In this document: positions 1 to 13,845 of the stretch, one piece after another
Numbering within the stretch: the stretch's first letter is position 1
Layout: the number at the start of each line of letters is the position of its first letter
NCBI RefSeq assembly: GCF_036321535.1
Contig: NC_087436.1
Span: 119,228,001-119,292,000 of the forward strand
Direction of reading: 5' to 3'
Length of the DNA: 64,000 bases
Source of the DNA: Camelus dromedarius
Lineage: Eukaryota
The notes under the pieces: generated by a model
Told to the model about the DNA's origin: nothing
What the model saw: only the letters and a program-made list of their open reading frames with translations
Database searches by the model: none
Program-made: the position numbers and the translations under genes

Positions 1-469
1 TCAGGCACTGGATCCACAGTGGTCTACCCAGGCTCCAGCCCCACCTTTGCACAAGCACACCCAGTGTTAATGCCATACCCACCCCTGCCACACACCAGTA
101 CTCAGCTTGTATGTCCTAGAGACGCCGATTCAACAAAGGCACCAGCAGAGCAAATGTGTCACAGCCACCTGGGCCTGGGCTCAGATCTCAGCCCCACTTT
201 CAAAGTGGCGCAGCGTCTGGGAATGGGTTCAGTTTTCAGCCCTGCCTCTGCCCAGAAGCCACTCGCCAGCAGTTGTGCCTCTTCACGAGCCAGCTAAGAA
301 GACTGCTAGGTCTGGATCCCGCCCCTCCCCCTGCAAGAGTACACTGACAGTGATGCCAAGCAATGCCCTCTGGGCTAGCGGAGAAGGCAGCTGTGGCTGG
401 CTGCATTGCACTCCTCCCTCCACATGTACCAGCAGCGGAAACTTCTACAGTAGACCCAGGTTCCTTCAC

Positions 470-2060
470 CAAATTGGCAGGATATAAGATTAACATATAG
501 AAATCTGTTGCATTTCTTTACACTAACAATTAAATATCAGGAAAAAAGTAAAAAAAGAAAAACCAATCCCTTTAAAATTTCATCAGGAAAAAAAAAAAAT
601 ACTTAAGAGTAAACCTGGCCAAGGAAGTGAAAGACTTATACGTGGAGAACTATAAAATTTTGATTAAGGAAATTAAAGATGATTTAAAGAAATGGAAAGA
701 TATTCCATGCCCTGGGATTGGAAGAATTAACATTGTTAAAATGGCCACACTACCCAAAGCAGTCTACAGATTTACTGCGATCCCTATCAAATTACCCAGC
801 ACATTTTTCACAGAACTAGAACAAATAATCCTAAAATTTATATGGACTCACAAAAGACCCAGAATTGCCAAAGCAATACTGAAGAAAACAGAATGAAGCT
901 GGAGGCATAACACTCCCAGACTTCAGACAATACTACAAAACTATAGTGATCAAAACAACATGGTATTAGCACAAAACCAGACATACGGATCAACAGAACA
1001 GAATAGAGAGCCCCAAAATAAACCCATACACCTATGGTCAATTAGTCTTTGATGAAGGAAGCAAGAATATAGAGTGGAGAAAAGACAGTCTCTTCAGCAC
1101 GTGGTGTTGGGAAAGTTGGACAGCTGCATGTAAATCAATGAAGTTAGAATACTCTCTCATACCATAAACAAAACTAAACTGAAAAATGGCTTAAAGACTT
1201 AGATGTGTAAGACATGACACCATAAAACTCCTACAAGAGAACACAGGCAAAAAATTCTCTGACAGAAATCGTAACAATATTTTCTTAGGTCAGTCTACCA
1301 AGGCAATAGAAATAAAAGCAAAGATAAACAGATGGGAACTAGTTAAACTTATAAGCTTTTGCAGAGCAAAGGAAACCATAAACAAAATGAAAAGACAACT
1401 TATAGACTTACCATATGATCCAGGAATCCCACTTCTGGGCATATATTTGGAGGAAACTAATTAGAAGAGATAAATGCACCCCAATGTTCATAACCACACT
1501 ATTTACAATAGCCAAGACGTGAAAGCAACCTGAATGTCCATCAGCAGATGATTTGATAAAGAAGTTGAGGTATATATGTACTACTTAGCCATTAAAAACA
1601 AGAAGAAAGTAATTCCATTTGCAGAAACATGGATGGACCTGGAGATTGCCATTCTAAGTGAAGTAACCCAGAAAGAGAAAGGAAAATATCATGTATCACT
1701 TATATGTGGAATCCAAAAAAAAAAAAAAGACACAAATGAACTTATTTACAAAACAGAAATGGACTCACAGACATAGAAAACAAACTTATGGTTACCTGGG
1801 GGGAAAGGGAGGTTGAGGGATAAATTGGTAGTTCGGGATTCGCAGATACTAACTACTGTATATAAAATAGATAAATAACAAGGACCTACTGTGTAGCACA
1901 GGGAACTATATTCAATATCTTGTAATAACCTATAATAGAAAAGAATATGAAAAATATATATATGTATATGTATAACTGAATCACTTTGCTGTACACCTGA
2001 AACTAACACAACATTGTAAATCTATTTTTAAGTTAATAAATGAATAAATAAACAAATACA
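470..2060 (+). mobile_element. 5'-truncated LINE-1 (ORF2 RT/C-terminal region, 3'UTR and A-rich tail) with internal deletion
   Basis: ORF 627-896 ([48 protein letters not shown]) is typical L1 ORF2p. 1576-1776 matches the ORF2p C-terminus (FAETWMDLE..LSEV). Ends in an aataaa-rich tail near 2035-2058. Confidence 0.92.
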
Positions 2061-2321
2061 TTGCAGAGCTTGCAAGAATGCAAGTGAAGTCCCTAAGGGG
2101 GGCTAGGAGGGAACTGAATACTAAAACCAGATAGGTGAACAAAGGTCAAAACCAGAGCTACAAGTAGAAGAAACACAAAGGATGGGAGACTAGGTCTTGG
2201 ATAGGCTCTGCCTACCCTGTCACTGAAAATGTTCTAACCTGTGCAAAGGTACCAAAAGGAATCTAGTCTGTGTATTCTGGCTATGGTTTCTGGTAGGGGA
2301 AAAAAAAAACTGTCACTGACC

Positions 2322-2611
2322 GTGAGGGAGGGAAAACAAGTAACAGGTTGTCTTGCTAGCTCCCTGAGGGGGAGGGGCTGGTCTCTTACATGGGGTGAGG
2401 GTAGGGATGGATCCAGGGGTTGGGCCAGAGGATCACCTCAGACTGGCAGCTGGGATTTTGGTCTTTTTGTATCTTGTTCATAACTTGCCCCAATTGTGCT
2501 TATACTTATACAGTTATTTTTATTCCCATACAGTTTCTTTGTATTCTGGTGCCCGATCCTGGTGCAAGCATTGCAGCCCAGGGTCCAAGGTCCCAGGGCC
2601 CAGCCTGTCTC
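2322..2611. mobile_element. probable LTR fragment inserted in old L1
   Basis: GC-richer segment bounded by TG (tgagggag) and CA (tgtctca) within A-rich L1-like sequence; family not recognised. Confidence 0.35.
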
Positions 2612-2791
2612 AAAATTAATAAAAATACAAATTCAAAATTTTTTTTTAAATTCTTTGACTCTATAAGTATGAAATTGCTCTCAACCTGGTCAGGGGGTTT
2701 GAGCCACACAGAAACAACCACAAATCCCTGCTGGAGAAGCTTTCTCAACCAAGCCTGCTAGGGTTCCCTCAAATTAAGTTTGGCCAAACAT

Positions 2792-2794
<3 letters not shown>

Positions 2795-2832
<38 letters not shown>
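2795..2832 (+). repeat. (CA)n microsatellite
   Basis: Direct inspection. Confidence 0.95.
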
Positions 2833-2835
<3 letters not shown>

Positions 2836-2999
2836 GGGAACAAAGCATCATGAGTGAATCAGCAAAAGCGAAAAGCAAATGATATTAGAATTATCAGACA
2901 AAGTATAAAACGACTATTTATGAAATATTTAAAGAAATGGAAGGTAATTGAAGGGGAAAAAAAGTAAGGAACAAAATACTATCCAAATTAACCAGGCAA

Positions 3000-3135
3000 T
3001 GTTAGCAACATTCCTGGCCTCTACTCACTACAATGCCAGTAGCAACCTTCCCCTCCAAGCTGTGACAAGAAGAATGCCTCCAGACATCGCCAAATATATA
3101 CCCTAGGGAATAAAATTACCTGCAGTTGAGAACAT
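3000..3135 (+). mobile_element. MER20-like hAT DNA transposon fragment
   Basis: ttagcaacattcctggcctctac...tgccagtagca...ctccagacatcgccaaat...gttgagaac resembles the MER20 3' half. Confidence 0.7.
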
Positions 3136-5069
3136 CCTCTCCTAGAGGAAGGTCCAAGATGATACTATGCAAGAAAATTAGGTAACTGAGCAAGCAGCAA
3201 AGCAACAGGAAAATTTTGAAATAATATGGGATTTTGTCAAATCTAAGCAGCTATCAATTTTAAGATTTGCTGTTGTTTTAGGTAATGCTAAGAATGAGAC
3301 TACACTACAATTAAAGTATGAATCAATGTTTTATGTCATGGCAACTGAAAGATGCAGCACAATTCCAGAGAATTTAAATGTGAAAAAAAAAGGTGCAATG
3401 AGAATTTATGAAAAATATTACCTTAGTAAAACAAAAAGTCAGCCAGGCAGACATGATAAAAAGAACCAAATAAAGCTTACTGAAACTCTGAGTGATAAAA
3501 AGTTTAGAATATATATATATATATGTATTATGCGTGTGTGTGTGTGTGTATATATATAAAGTATGTAACTCCTGTGCACCGAATAAAATAGTTACCAATG
3601 TATGTTATATGTGTGTGCAAAAAAAGTGACAATTACAGGAAAAGTTAACAAAATTATCAGCATAATGAGATAATGGACAGGTCAAGCAGACAACAATTTA
3701 ACAGGGTTACAGAAAATATGAACAAGCTTGAGTTTCATTGATTCTGCAAATGATCAAAGATCTTAAGAAGGCCAGAGCAGAGCTTCACGTTTACACCTGG
3801 GAGAAGAGCGTTTCAAGCAAAGGAAACAGAAATGCAAAGGCCTTGAAGTGGGAAGTTACCTAATATGTACCAGAAACAGCATGGCGGCTGATACAGCTGG
3901 AGTGGAGGAAGTGAGGGGGATATAGTGGAAGACGTGGTCAGAAGGGCAGGGTGAAGACTAAGGTGAGCAAGTTGGGCCTCTAGATGCCTAGGGTAGGCAC
4001 TCACTCTCAGGGTCATGCAGTTGCCAACCCTGCAGAGAGGTATGGGGGTGCACAGATCCCTAGAATCACACAGACCATTGTAAGGTCTTTGGCTCCCCCT
4101 CCACTTGAAATGTACAAGGTTCTGAATCCAGTCAGTGACGTGATCTGCTGTGTGTTTTTAAGGACACCTACGGAAGCTGTGTAGAGATTAGACTGTGGGC
4201 AAACAAGGGCAAAACCAGGAAGCTACTGCAGTGGCAGAGACAGGAGTTGGTGGACATGTAGATAACCCTGCTGGCAACAACTGGGTAATGCTTGTCTTTT
4301 CAAGCACACATGCAAAATTCACTAAAACTGACCAGGCCATAAAGCAAGTCTTAACAAATTTCAAAGAATTAGTATCAAATAGAACTCCATTTGTAAGTAG
4401 AATGCAACTAAGTTAACAATCAGTAAAAGCAGAGCATCACAGCCCTCATGTGGTTGGAATTCTTAAAATATAATTCTAATAATTTATGGATCAAAAAAAC
4501 CATAGTGGAAATAAGAATATGCTTAGAATCAAATAATACTGAAAACAAATATCAAAAGTGGGATGCAGCTAAAGCCATTCCTGATGGGAATTTTTTTTTG
4601 AGGTTAATTTTTGCTTTTATTTGCCAGTGTAACTTAACTACAGTGGCTTGCAAACTTTTTTGACCTAAAAAACACACTTTACATCACAATCCAATACACA
4701 CACACATATATATTATATGTATGTAACTGAAACCAAAGTTTTACCAAAAATATTTACCCTGAGTTTTCTTGTTGATGGGAATTTAAGAACTTAAATGCTT
4801 ATATTAAAAAGAAGAAGAAGAAGAGTATAAGTCAGGAGAATAACCTAAGAAGTTAAAAAAGGAACATAGAATCAACCAAAGAAAGCACAAGGAAGGAGAT
4901 AAGTAATAACAGAAATTAATAAAAGAGAAAACAAAGAAATGCCTGAGATCAGGCCCCGCACAGAAGCACCTGGCTGAGAGGCGCTCAGTCTAATCTCATC
5001 GTAGAAAACAGACAGTGTTTTTCAATTCATCCACCTGGTAAGAGTCATTTACTTTTTTTCTCCCCTTTC

Positions 5070-5965
5070 AAATAGACTTTATTTTTTTTAGAGCAATTTT
5101 AGGTTCACAGCAAAATTGAGCAGGAAGTACGGAAAGTTCTCATATACCCGCTGCCCCACACATGCAGAGTCTCCCCCACTATGTACATGCCCCACCAGAG
5201 TGGAGCTTTTGTTACAGTCAACGAACCTGCATTATAACATCATCATCATCCAAAGTCCATAGTTAACATTAGCGTTTACTCCTGATGTTGTACATTCTAT
5301 GGGTTTGGACAAATGCATAATGGCATGTATCCACCATTAGAGTATCAAATAGTGTAAGTTTCACTGCCCTAAAAAGTCCTCTGTGCTCCATCTATTCATT
5401 ACTCCCAGCCTCCAACCCTTGGCAACTAATGGTCTTTTCACTGTCTCCATAGTTTTGTCTTTTCCAGAATGTCGTAGAGTTGGAATCATATAGTACGTAG
5501 CCATTTCAGATTGCTTCTTTCACTTAGTAGTACGCATTTGCGTTTCCTCTATGTCTTTCCGTGGCTTGATAGCTCATTTCTTTTTACTGCTGAGTGATGT
5601 TCCATTGCCAGGGTATACCCCCATTATTTTTCCAGTCACCTTTTGAAGGATATCTTGATTGCTTTCAAGTTTTGGCAAGTATGAATAAAGCTGCTGTAAA
5701 CATCCATGTGCAGGTTTTCGTGTGGATATAAGTTTCCAATACATTTGTGTAAGTAGCAGAGCGCCCATTGCTGTATGGTATAGTAACAGCATGTTTAGTT
5801 TTGTGAGAAACTGCCACACTATGTTCCAAAGCGACTACACTGTTTTGCATTCCCATCAGCAACAAATTAGAGTTCCCGTTGCTCCACATCCTCACCAGCT
5901 CTGGTGTTGTCGGTGTTCTGAATTTTAGCCATTTTAACAATTGTGTAGTAGTGGCATCTCATTAT
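5070..5965 (-). mobile_element. old L1 (L1MB/L1MC-like) 3' end
   Basis: Reverse ORF 5665-5940 (LETYIHTKTCTWMFTAALFILAKT) is L1 ORF2p C-terminus-like; typical 3'UTR text (aggttcacagcaaaattgagc). Confidence 0.8.
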
Positions 5966-7080
5966 TTGATCCATTTCTTTTTATTCATACAAGGAATTTA
6001 TGAGCTAGCTGCCTCTGATATACCAAGAAGGCCCCACAATTGGGATTTTTACAAGAACAACCAAATATACAGAAGCGTGAAAGTCCAAACAAAAGATAAG
6101 CACTTTACATACGTCTGTGCCTGGTGTTTACAAATCATCTGCATGATCATTGTCTCTCTTCACTCTTAACTCTGCCTTATTCAATACTAGGGATTAAGTC
6201 CACTTAACTGACTGGAAAACAGAAGCTAAACCTATGGCACTCGTGCAAACTGGATTCTTGAAATTTTTATTGCTTTTTGTAACTGTGTCAACAGGCTACG
6301 AAATTACCTTACCTTTCCTTTTTGTATTAAGTGCATGTCAAAGCAAATTTACTAATACATGCCAAGTTCTGCTCGATGCTTTAGAAACAGAGATGAACGA
6401 AACCCTCAAGGAGCCTTCAACCCGGTAAAAAGCGTTAAGACTATCCAGCGGAGCCTCAGGATAAATCAGAGCAGGACTTTTACCAGGGGGTGGGGGGAGG
6501 GTCAGTCTGGTGAAAAGACAGACACTTCTGACTGTAATCTAAAAAAGAATGAAAATTAGCCAGTTAGACGTTTGGGAGGGGTCCAGTCGCGGTACCAAAT
6601 TGGGTGGGGCTATTAGCGTTAGACCGGGATGTCACGGACTCTGAGTATATTATCACGTAGGATCTTCCGCGTTTAGCGTAGGCGGAGAATGTTTACTTTT
6701 TTATAAGACGTAAATTCCATGCTGGATAAACCTAGGAGGGGTCGCAGCACCAGGAAGGATTATCTCCAAAGCCACGGCAGCGGACGAGGGCAGCACTGGG
6801 GGAGGGGGCGGGGAACGAAGGAGAGCGCGTGCGCGTGCGCGGGGCAGCGGACAGGCGCAGCACGGGGTAAGGAGCGGGGAAATGAGAGAGCGCGCGTGCG
6901 CGTGCGCGCGCGGCCGCCGTAAAGCGGATTGCGTCGCCCTCCATTGACGTGCGCGCGCCCTCACCTAATTCTACCAGCGGCGTGACCGTAAAGAGGCAGG
7001 GCCGTGTCGTGAAAGGGGCCGCAACACTCAGGGCGCTGGTTGACGGCTGGGACTCCATTTTGTCCTCCGCTTCTCAGCTC

Positions 7081-7622
<542 letters not shown>

Positions 7623-7634
7623 GGAGGGTCGGCG

Positions 7635-8143
7635 GTAAGGCGGGACCGGCGGGAACCGGGCGGAGGGCCCAGTAGTTGCCTCACACTTGGTTAAGCTTCG
7701 GGGACTTTTATTTAGTAGTGGTCCACGGGGGGTGGAAGTTGGGAGAAGATAATACATTATGCTCAATTTTTACCTTAGGAGGTGACAGTAGATGCTGTTT
7801 ATCTTTTTAAGTCTGTTAGGGGGAAAATTGGTGTATTTTGACTTAGTACGTATTTGGTTGAAACCTAAGGTAGCGGCTAATAAGCGTAATTAAAGGGTAA
7901 TAGACAAAAGTTTCCAAGAGAACAAAGTCACAATCTAAGCCATTGAGCAAGGAGCGGGGCGGGGGGAGGGGTTAAGAAATACAGAATAATTGGATGATTC
8001 CAGATTTCTCTGAAAAACTAGAAGGAGTCAGGTGGCATCCAGAAGAGGTGGTGTCCTGCGTAGCTGAATGTGTGAGGGGGTGGGGTTGGTTTTTCCCTTA
8101 GGAGTAACATCTTAATGATGAGTTTCTCCCAACTGCACTTTAG
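7635..8143 (+). other. MRFAP1: MRFAP1 3'UTR intron with two alternative acceptors (AG ending 8101 or 8143)
   Basis: Donor gcg|GTAAGG 12 nt after the stop; acceptors ttttcccttAG and ctgcactttAG; same layout in both paralogs. Confidence 0.6.
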
Positions 8144-9107
8144 GTTTACAGCCAATGGATTCTGGTCACCTGGCGGAGATTGGCTGACAACCTGGAGAAG
8201 CTGAAACCAGAGAGCCTTTAGTTTCCTTTTTTCTCTGTGTGCACTCTGTCCTCACTTACACTACGTTTCTGCTATGGTCTGCGGTTAATGACCTCAATAT
8301 GAGTTTTGACTGTTAAATGTTTTTGTTTGGGGAGGTAACTTTTATTTGGAAAATGCTCTCACGTGCAAGAATTGGGGCCTAGATTGTAAGCTTTTGCAGC
8401 AGTCACATTTGTTCCTTGGCTTTCGTTGTTTTTAAATTTTTGAGGTGCTTTGCTCTTTCTCGTGTGACCTGATTGCTCCCTGGGACTTTGGATCTGTGTA
8501 TGAAAGACGAGACTCAGAGTTGGAGTTCTCCAGCTCTGGAGGTGCTGAAGGAGCTGCATTATTTCTAGAAGACGACTCCATGCAGCACTTGCTGAAGAAG
8601 TGACCAGACTTCAACTGGGAACGTGAATGGGGCTGATGTGGCTCAGACTGGCGGATCAGAAGAAGGGATGGAGGATGGTATTGTCCTGGAACTTTAATTT
8701 CTGTGTGAGACCAAAGGAGGAAAGGTGTATTTTGTTCAAAATTCAAGTCTTATGCACCACACTGTCTGATGTAACCTGTCTGGTCAGTTTTGTTTGGACA
8801 ACCTAACTCAGCTTTATGGAACCTATAATAAGAGATGAGATAGGTCTTGGTATTCTGTATAATTGATGTAATGCCCTGATGCATTTCAGGGGATTCTGTG
8901 CATAACATGAAAGCGATGTTTGCAAAGGCCCTTGAGGGTCTAAGGAAGTAAAGTGAGGGCTGTCTGTTTTGGACCCTAAACTGGACAGGGACTAGGTTAT
9001 CTTCAAGATTCATAAGTTGTATAGCTATAAGTTCATATCAGTAGCAGACCTGACAAGTATTTGAGGTCAAAACCCTACCATGTGTTTAAAAAAAATTTTA
9101 CCATGTT

Positions 9108-9113
9108 AATAAA
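9108..9113 (+). terminator. MRFAP1 polyadenylation signal AATAAA
   Basis: AATAAA within a block (catgttaataaaagtattcatttgcttgaaaa) homologous to the 3' ends of both paralogs. Confidence 0.7.
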
Positions 9114-9183
9114 AGTATTCATTTGCTTGAAAAGACAAAAGATGTAAAAAGTTATTGACTAAGAAATTGCCTAAGTGAAATTT

Positions 9184-9312
9184 GGGGATGGGAGGGTATA
9201 GCTCAAGGTAGAGTGTGTGCTTTGTGTGGACGAGGTCCTGGGTTCAATCCCCAGTACCTCTATTTTTAAAAAAAAATTAAATAAGCCTAATTCACCCACC
9301 CCCCCAAAAAAA
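9184..9312 (+). mobile_element. tRNA-derived SINE (camelid vic-1-like)
   Basis: gggagggtatagctcaaggtagag (A box) ... gggttcaatccccagtacc (B box), A-rich linker, C-rich tail; candidate TSD gaaattt. Confidence 0.85.
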
Positions 9313-9464
9313 GGAATGAAATTTTTTTCTTGAGTATCATTGCCAACTGGGAGATGAATTTCTTATGTTTTTTGATGCTCTCAGTCAGCCTTGAATCATG
9401 GGGATGGTTTATCTCTGCCTGCTGCTGTGGAAACTGGCTGAGGAACCACCATGGAGTTGTCCCT

Positions 9465-9572
9465 CAGGACCCCGCCTTGCCATAGATACCAAAATCCAGG
9501 GATGCCCCGGTTCTTTATGTAAGATGGCATGGTACAGTCAGCCCTCCGTTTCCACAGGCTCTGCATCCCATA
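9465..9572 (+). mobile_element. MER2-like Tigger fragment
   Basis: gataccaaaatccagggatgcc...atggcatggtacagtcagccctccgtttccacagg resembles MER2. Confidence 0.6.
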
Positions 9573-11299
9573 GAATTTACCTGCACTCTAACTTTCACCT
9601 TAAGAGTCTGCTTTCTGGGGAATCCAGCTGAAAGTAAGTGAAACAATAGAAAACCATGCGTCACAAGCTAGGTACCATGCCTTAGAGCACTGAGAGGGGG
9701 AGGCAAGGAGAGCATTTCAGAGCAAGTAACTGGTGAACTTGGCCTTGAAGGATGGATCCAGCTTCCAAGGACAAGGAGAGATGAGGGACATCCCTCACAC
9801 AGGGAACAGTATGAGGAAATGCCCATGTTCTGGTAGCAGGGTGAGGAGTAGGGAAGCGGGAGAGAACAAAGAAAGCGACGTTGGGTGCATTCGCTGTAAC
9901 AACGGCGTGAATGCTGGTACAGAACTATTGACTAGACTGTGCTCTATTCTTACTTCACTGCCTTTCTTCACAATGCCTTTTCTGTTTCCGGATACCACAT
10001 TGCATTTACTGGTTTATTTTTGAAAGAGGTAAATAAAACAAATGGCACAAAATTCAAAAGAAATTGATCCTCCCTTCTCCCTAGCTTCCCAGGTCCCCTT
10101 CAGGAAGACAGCCATCTACCAGTGTCTCGTGTAGCCTTCCTAATGGGATGTGTGTTTGAACATATATAACTCTAACCTTAAAGTAGAAACATTTAACCTG
10201 TGAATGTCCTTTGATATTTTTCCACCTAAAACTATAGTTTGAAAGTTAGCCCTGTCTAAACATCTGGATCTGCATTCTCTTTAATGGCTGCATATTGTTC
10301 ATTGCACTATAAATTAAGTGGTCAGAAGTGCTTTCTTACACACCCAAAAGTTTGAGAACTGTTGTCCTAAATTATTTTCACTAACTTCAATTCCTCTTCC
10401 TTGTGATTTCAATAACAACTGAAATGCAGCCATCGATTTCCAATTTCCCCAGCACCTGAAGTCTGTCCTGGCTTGCTAGCAATTGGAGAAGCAGTTGAGT
10501 CTTGCATTTTCTAAGCAAAGAATGATAAGGAGCCATGCTGAGAGGCAATCTTACAGGGCTGTAAAATACCAAATTCAGTCTGGCTAGGGTTGCCAGAACA
10601 TTTTATCATCAATCTATATGTCCCTCATGAGCCTCAGGCTCTCTGTCCATTTTCCTGGCTGTTCAGATGTTAGGTCATGGACAGCTGTGTAGAAAGACGT
10701 GTTGGGGTTCTTGGACGGGTTCCTGACACAGCAGAGGCACCTGAAGCTGGGACCTATCTTTGCTCAGATGTGAGAAGTATCCTTTTATATCAAAGTGCTA
10801 TTACAGAAAGAAGCATGGGGGCTGTGGGAACATGGAGGTCTGGAAAGGCATTCAGGAGGAGATAAGGTATTATGTAACAAACTCTGATGATAATTGGAGG
10901 CAAAGTATGCAGAATCTTCAAAATCTGCTGGGCCCACGAGGTCAGAATCAGGCTGGGGAGATCACAGAGCACCGCAGAGTCTTCGGCATCTGGTTTCATC
11001 AGCTGAGATGACCCCTGGGAAGAAAGCAAATTTAATTCTAGTGGACACTAGAGTAGGACTGGCAGCAGTCAAGGTCACATTCCATTCATTTGTAGCTGTT
11101 TGCTCTCCTCTGCCCTCTAACAGCACCAAGGCAAAAGAAAGCCCAAATTCAAGTCCCTGGCCCTGGCCATCCTCCCCCTTCCAGGCAGCAAATAAACAGG
11201 AAGTGGCTTGAATTTCCACCATCTTCCGAAGATAACTGGGGGTTTGTTAGCTGCTTAAACTTGTGGCCAGATAAATCAGTCCAGTTGCTGCCCAAAGTA

Positions 11300-12200
11300 A
11301 GACCCTCCCCTGGTCAATTCTGTTTTCCCTTTCTCTGATCCCCATAATGTTCTGTAGTTCCTATCTTCCTTTATCCCTGTGCTCCTTCCTTCAAACCATG
11401 ATTCACAAAATCCTCCATTCTGTTTTTCCCAAATTCATCCATATTCTTTGCTTCTTCAAAGAACGTTTCTTTACCACCTATAACAGCTGAGACTAGACTC
11501 CCCCGAGCCCTGGGCTCTCCTGCAGCTTCATTGGTGATGGTTCCTCACAAAACTCAAATGATCAAGGTCTGCATCTTTGACAGAGAAGAGTGAAGGGGGA
11601 AAGGCAGCAACAAAAGAGGAGTAGGAGTTTGGGGTTTAGACGAGGGCGTTTTTGCAGCCCTGACCATACACTGTAAATGGATGGGTGGGGATATGAAGAG
11701 CCGGGAACAATGGGAGAAGGCTGTTCAAATGAGCTGAGGGCACACTGAGGTTTAAAAAAAGGTGTAGCAACTATAGTGAAAGTGTCACCTGGAAGGGTGG
11801 GAATGTGGTCAGAGAGAAGGGCTGAGTGGGCTTGGGGCAGGTTTGGGCAATAACAAGTCCTGAGGCACCCTTGGGAATGAGAAGCCAATTGGCAGGGAGT
11901 TGCTCATTGGATATGAAGAGGCCAAGGACCTGGGGGCCCAGGTTTCGAATGGTGGTCGTGTGAGCGTGGAACCCACCCAGGCAGGACCTGAGGTGGAGAG
12001 GAAGGCCAGAAGCCAGGGCAAAAGCCTGCTATGAATGTGGGGGAATCCAGTGGGGCTGGGGAGGGGGGTTGGAGGGTGACAAAGGTGAGCAGGGTGCAGG
12101 GGGAGAGGACTGTCAGAGGAGCAGCAAGCGCTCCAAAGGAGTGTCACTTTAGACAAGCGGCAGGACGGAGTGGTGTAACCATGGCCAGAGGAGAGGGCTG
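11300..12200. mobile_element. degenerate LINE-2 ORF2 (endonuclease region) fragments, both orientations
   Basis: Pyrimidine/purine-skewed L2-like segments; reverse translation FPHIHSRLLPWLLAFLST resembles the L2 APE region. Confidence 0.45.
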
Positions 12201-13845
12201 GCCCCAACTCCTGACCACATTCGAGGAACACAGAGAAATGAGCAGCTTTCCCTTCACAGGCCAGAGTACAAAGTCAGCACCATTCCCCGGGGGCCACCCA
12301 GCAAGAGGTAAGGTTGTGGTGGAGAGCCGGAAGCCAGGCCCATGCTGGCAATGGCTCACCAGTTCCTACAGGTCCAGGAGAGAGCTTGAGGAGTGGAGAG
12401 CAGTACGGGAAACTCGTCGTAAGACTAGCACCCCAGGCCGACTTAGACCAGTTCATCAATGGGACACACAGGTGACAGGCAATGCAAGTTTAGTCCTGAA
12501 CTTGGTCTCTCCTAGGGGCGTGAGCATGGCCTTGGTGTGACCACTATGGTAGAGCCAACGAAGTGGGCAACTGAAGACTGTCACTCAGCGATGCTTCCTG
12601 AGTATCTTCTTTGAAGGAGCTCTAAGAGGCCACCACTGCTGGTCATCTGGGGTGGAAAATGGCAAGGGTTTCTGCATCCCAAACTAAAACAGTTATAGGA
12701 AATGGTTCCAGAAGAAGCTGTCTTCGAGATGAGACAAGACTGAAGCCCCAAGATCTTTTTCAGTCATCTCCTCTAAAGGTTCTTCCCAGACAGTGAACAG
12801 CAGCCAAGCAGCTAAGACCAGGTTACAACTGTTAACTTCCTGTCAAAGCCACTTGTTCACATGGACAGCACTGAGCTGAAAGAGGAGAGGAAGGACAGGG
12901 CGCAGCGGCCACTTAACTAGAGTCTTCGTGAGATTTTTGCCTGTGATACCTGCACGTCGGAAGTGACTGAAGGTAAACAGAGAGGAAGCATCCCAGGGTG
13001 CTGAAGAAATTGTGTTGCCAAGGAAATTCCAAGCCAGGCGTGCTTAATCCTGCGGTTGTTCAGCCTCTGTAGGGACTCCTAAGCCTGGCGTTTGCAGCAC
13101 AGGAAGCAGGCTTCCAAAGCCACGTTGCCCCCAAAAGGATGCATTTCCCAAGGCATATTTCATACATGGCCTGGAAAGATAAGAGACAAGGAAGAGTCTC
13201 CCTGAGTAGTTCCTCTTGGAGAGCAAAAATCGGGAGGTGCTAATGGACTAGGCTGGGGCGGTGCGCTCCTGCCTGTGGCCTCTCATGGCTCCTGCAGGCT
13301 AGAGGTGCGGTGTGCCTCCCATTCTTCCCTTTTCCAAATGGAAGTTGTATACAGTTATTTTATACTGACTCCTTGCCATATGGACCTCTCTGTGGGGAAG
13401 CTCAAGACGTAGCAACTGGTTTTCCAGAGAGGGAGTGATCCAAGAGAGACAGCACAGCTGACAGCGGCAGTCTTTTGACAACTCAGTATTAGGAGCGAGA
13501 TGTTCCATCGCTTCTGCTGTGCTCTTTGTGTGTAGCAGCAAGTCCAGCCCACACTCCGAGGAAAGGGAATCAATTCCAGTTCTTGACAAAGGATATAGCA
13601 AAGAATTTGTGGGCATATTTTTAAAACCACCACAGCTATTATCATTATATTTCAATGAAATATTTTTGAAACGTCACAGACTTGAAAGAATCTAAAGATA
13701 AATCATCAGTGTTGGTAGTAGAGTTCAGCAAGTTTTCTAGAAACAAAATCAGGACATAAAAGTAGTGTTTCTGTTCACCAGAAACAAAGAGGAAATATAT
13801 TTTCTAAAAGGCATCATTTGTAATAGGACCCCAACATTTTAAAAT

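Noticed and set aside
1..470. ORFs at the window start
   Set aside because: No recognisable protein; probably repeat-derived sequence adjoining the L1, family not identifiable.
9190..9260. tRNA gene candidates (seven copies)
   Set aside because: Diverged heads with A-rich tails; SINEs, not tRNA genes.
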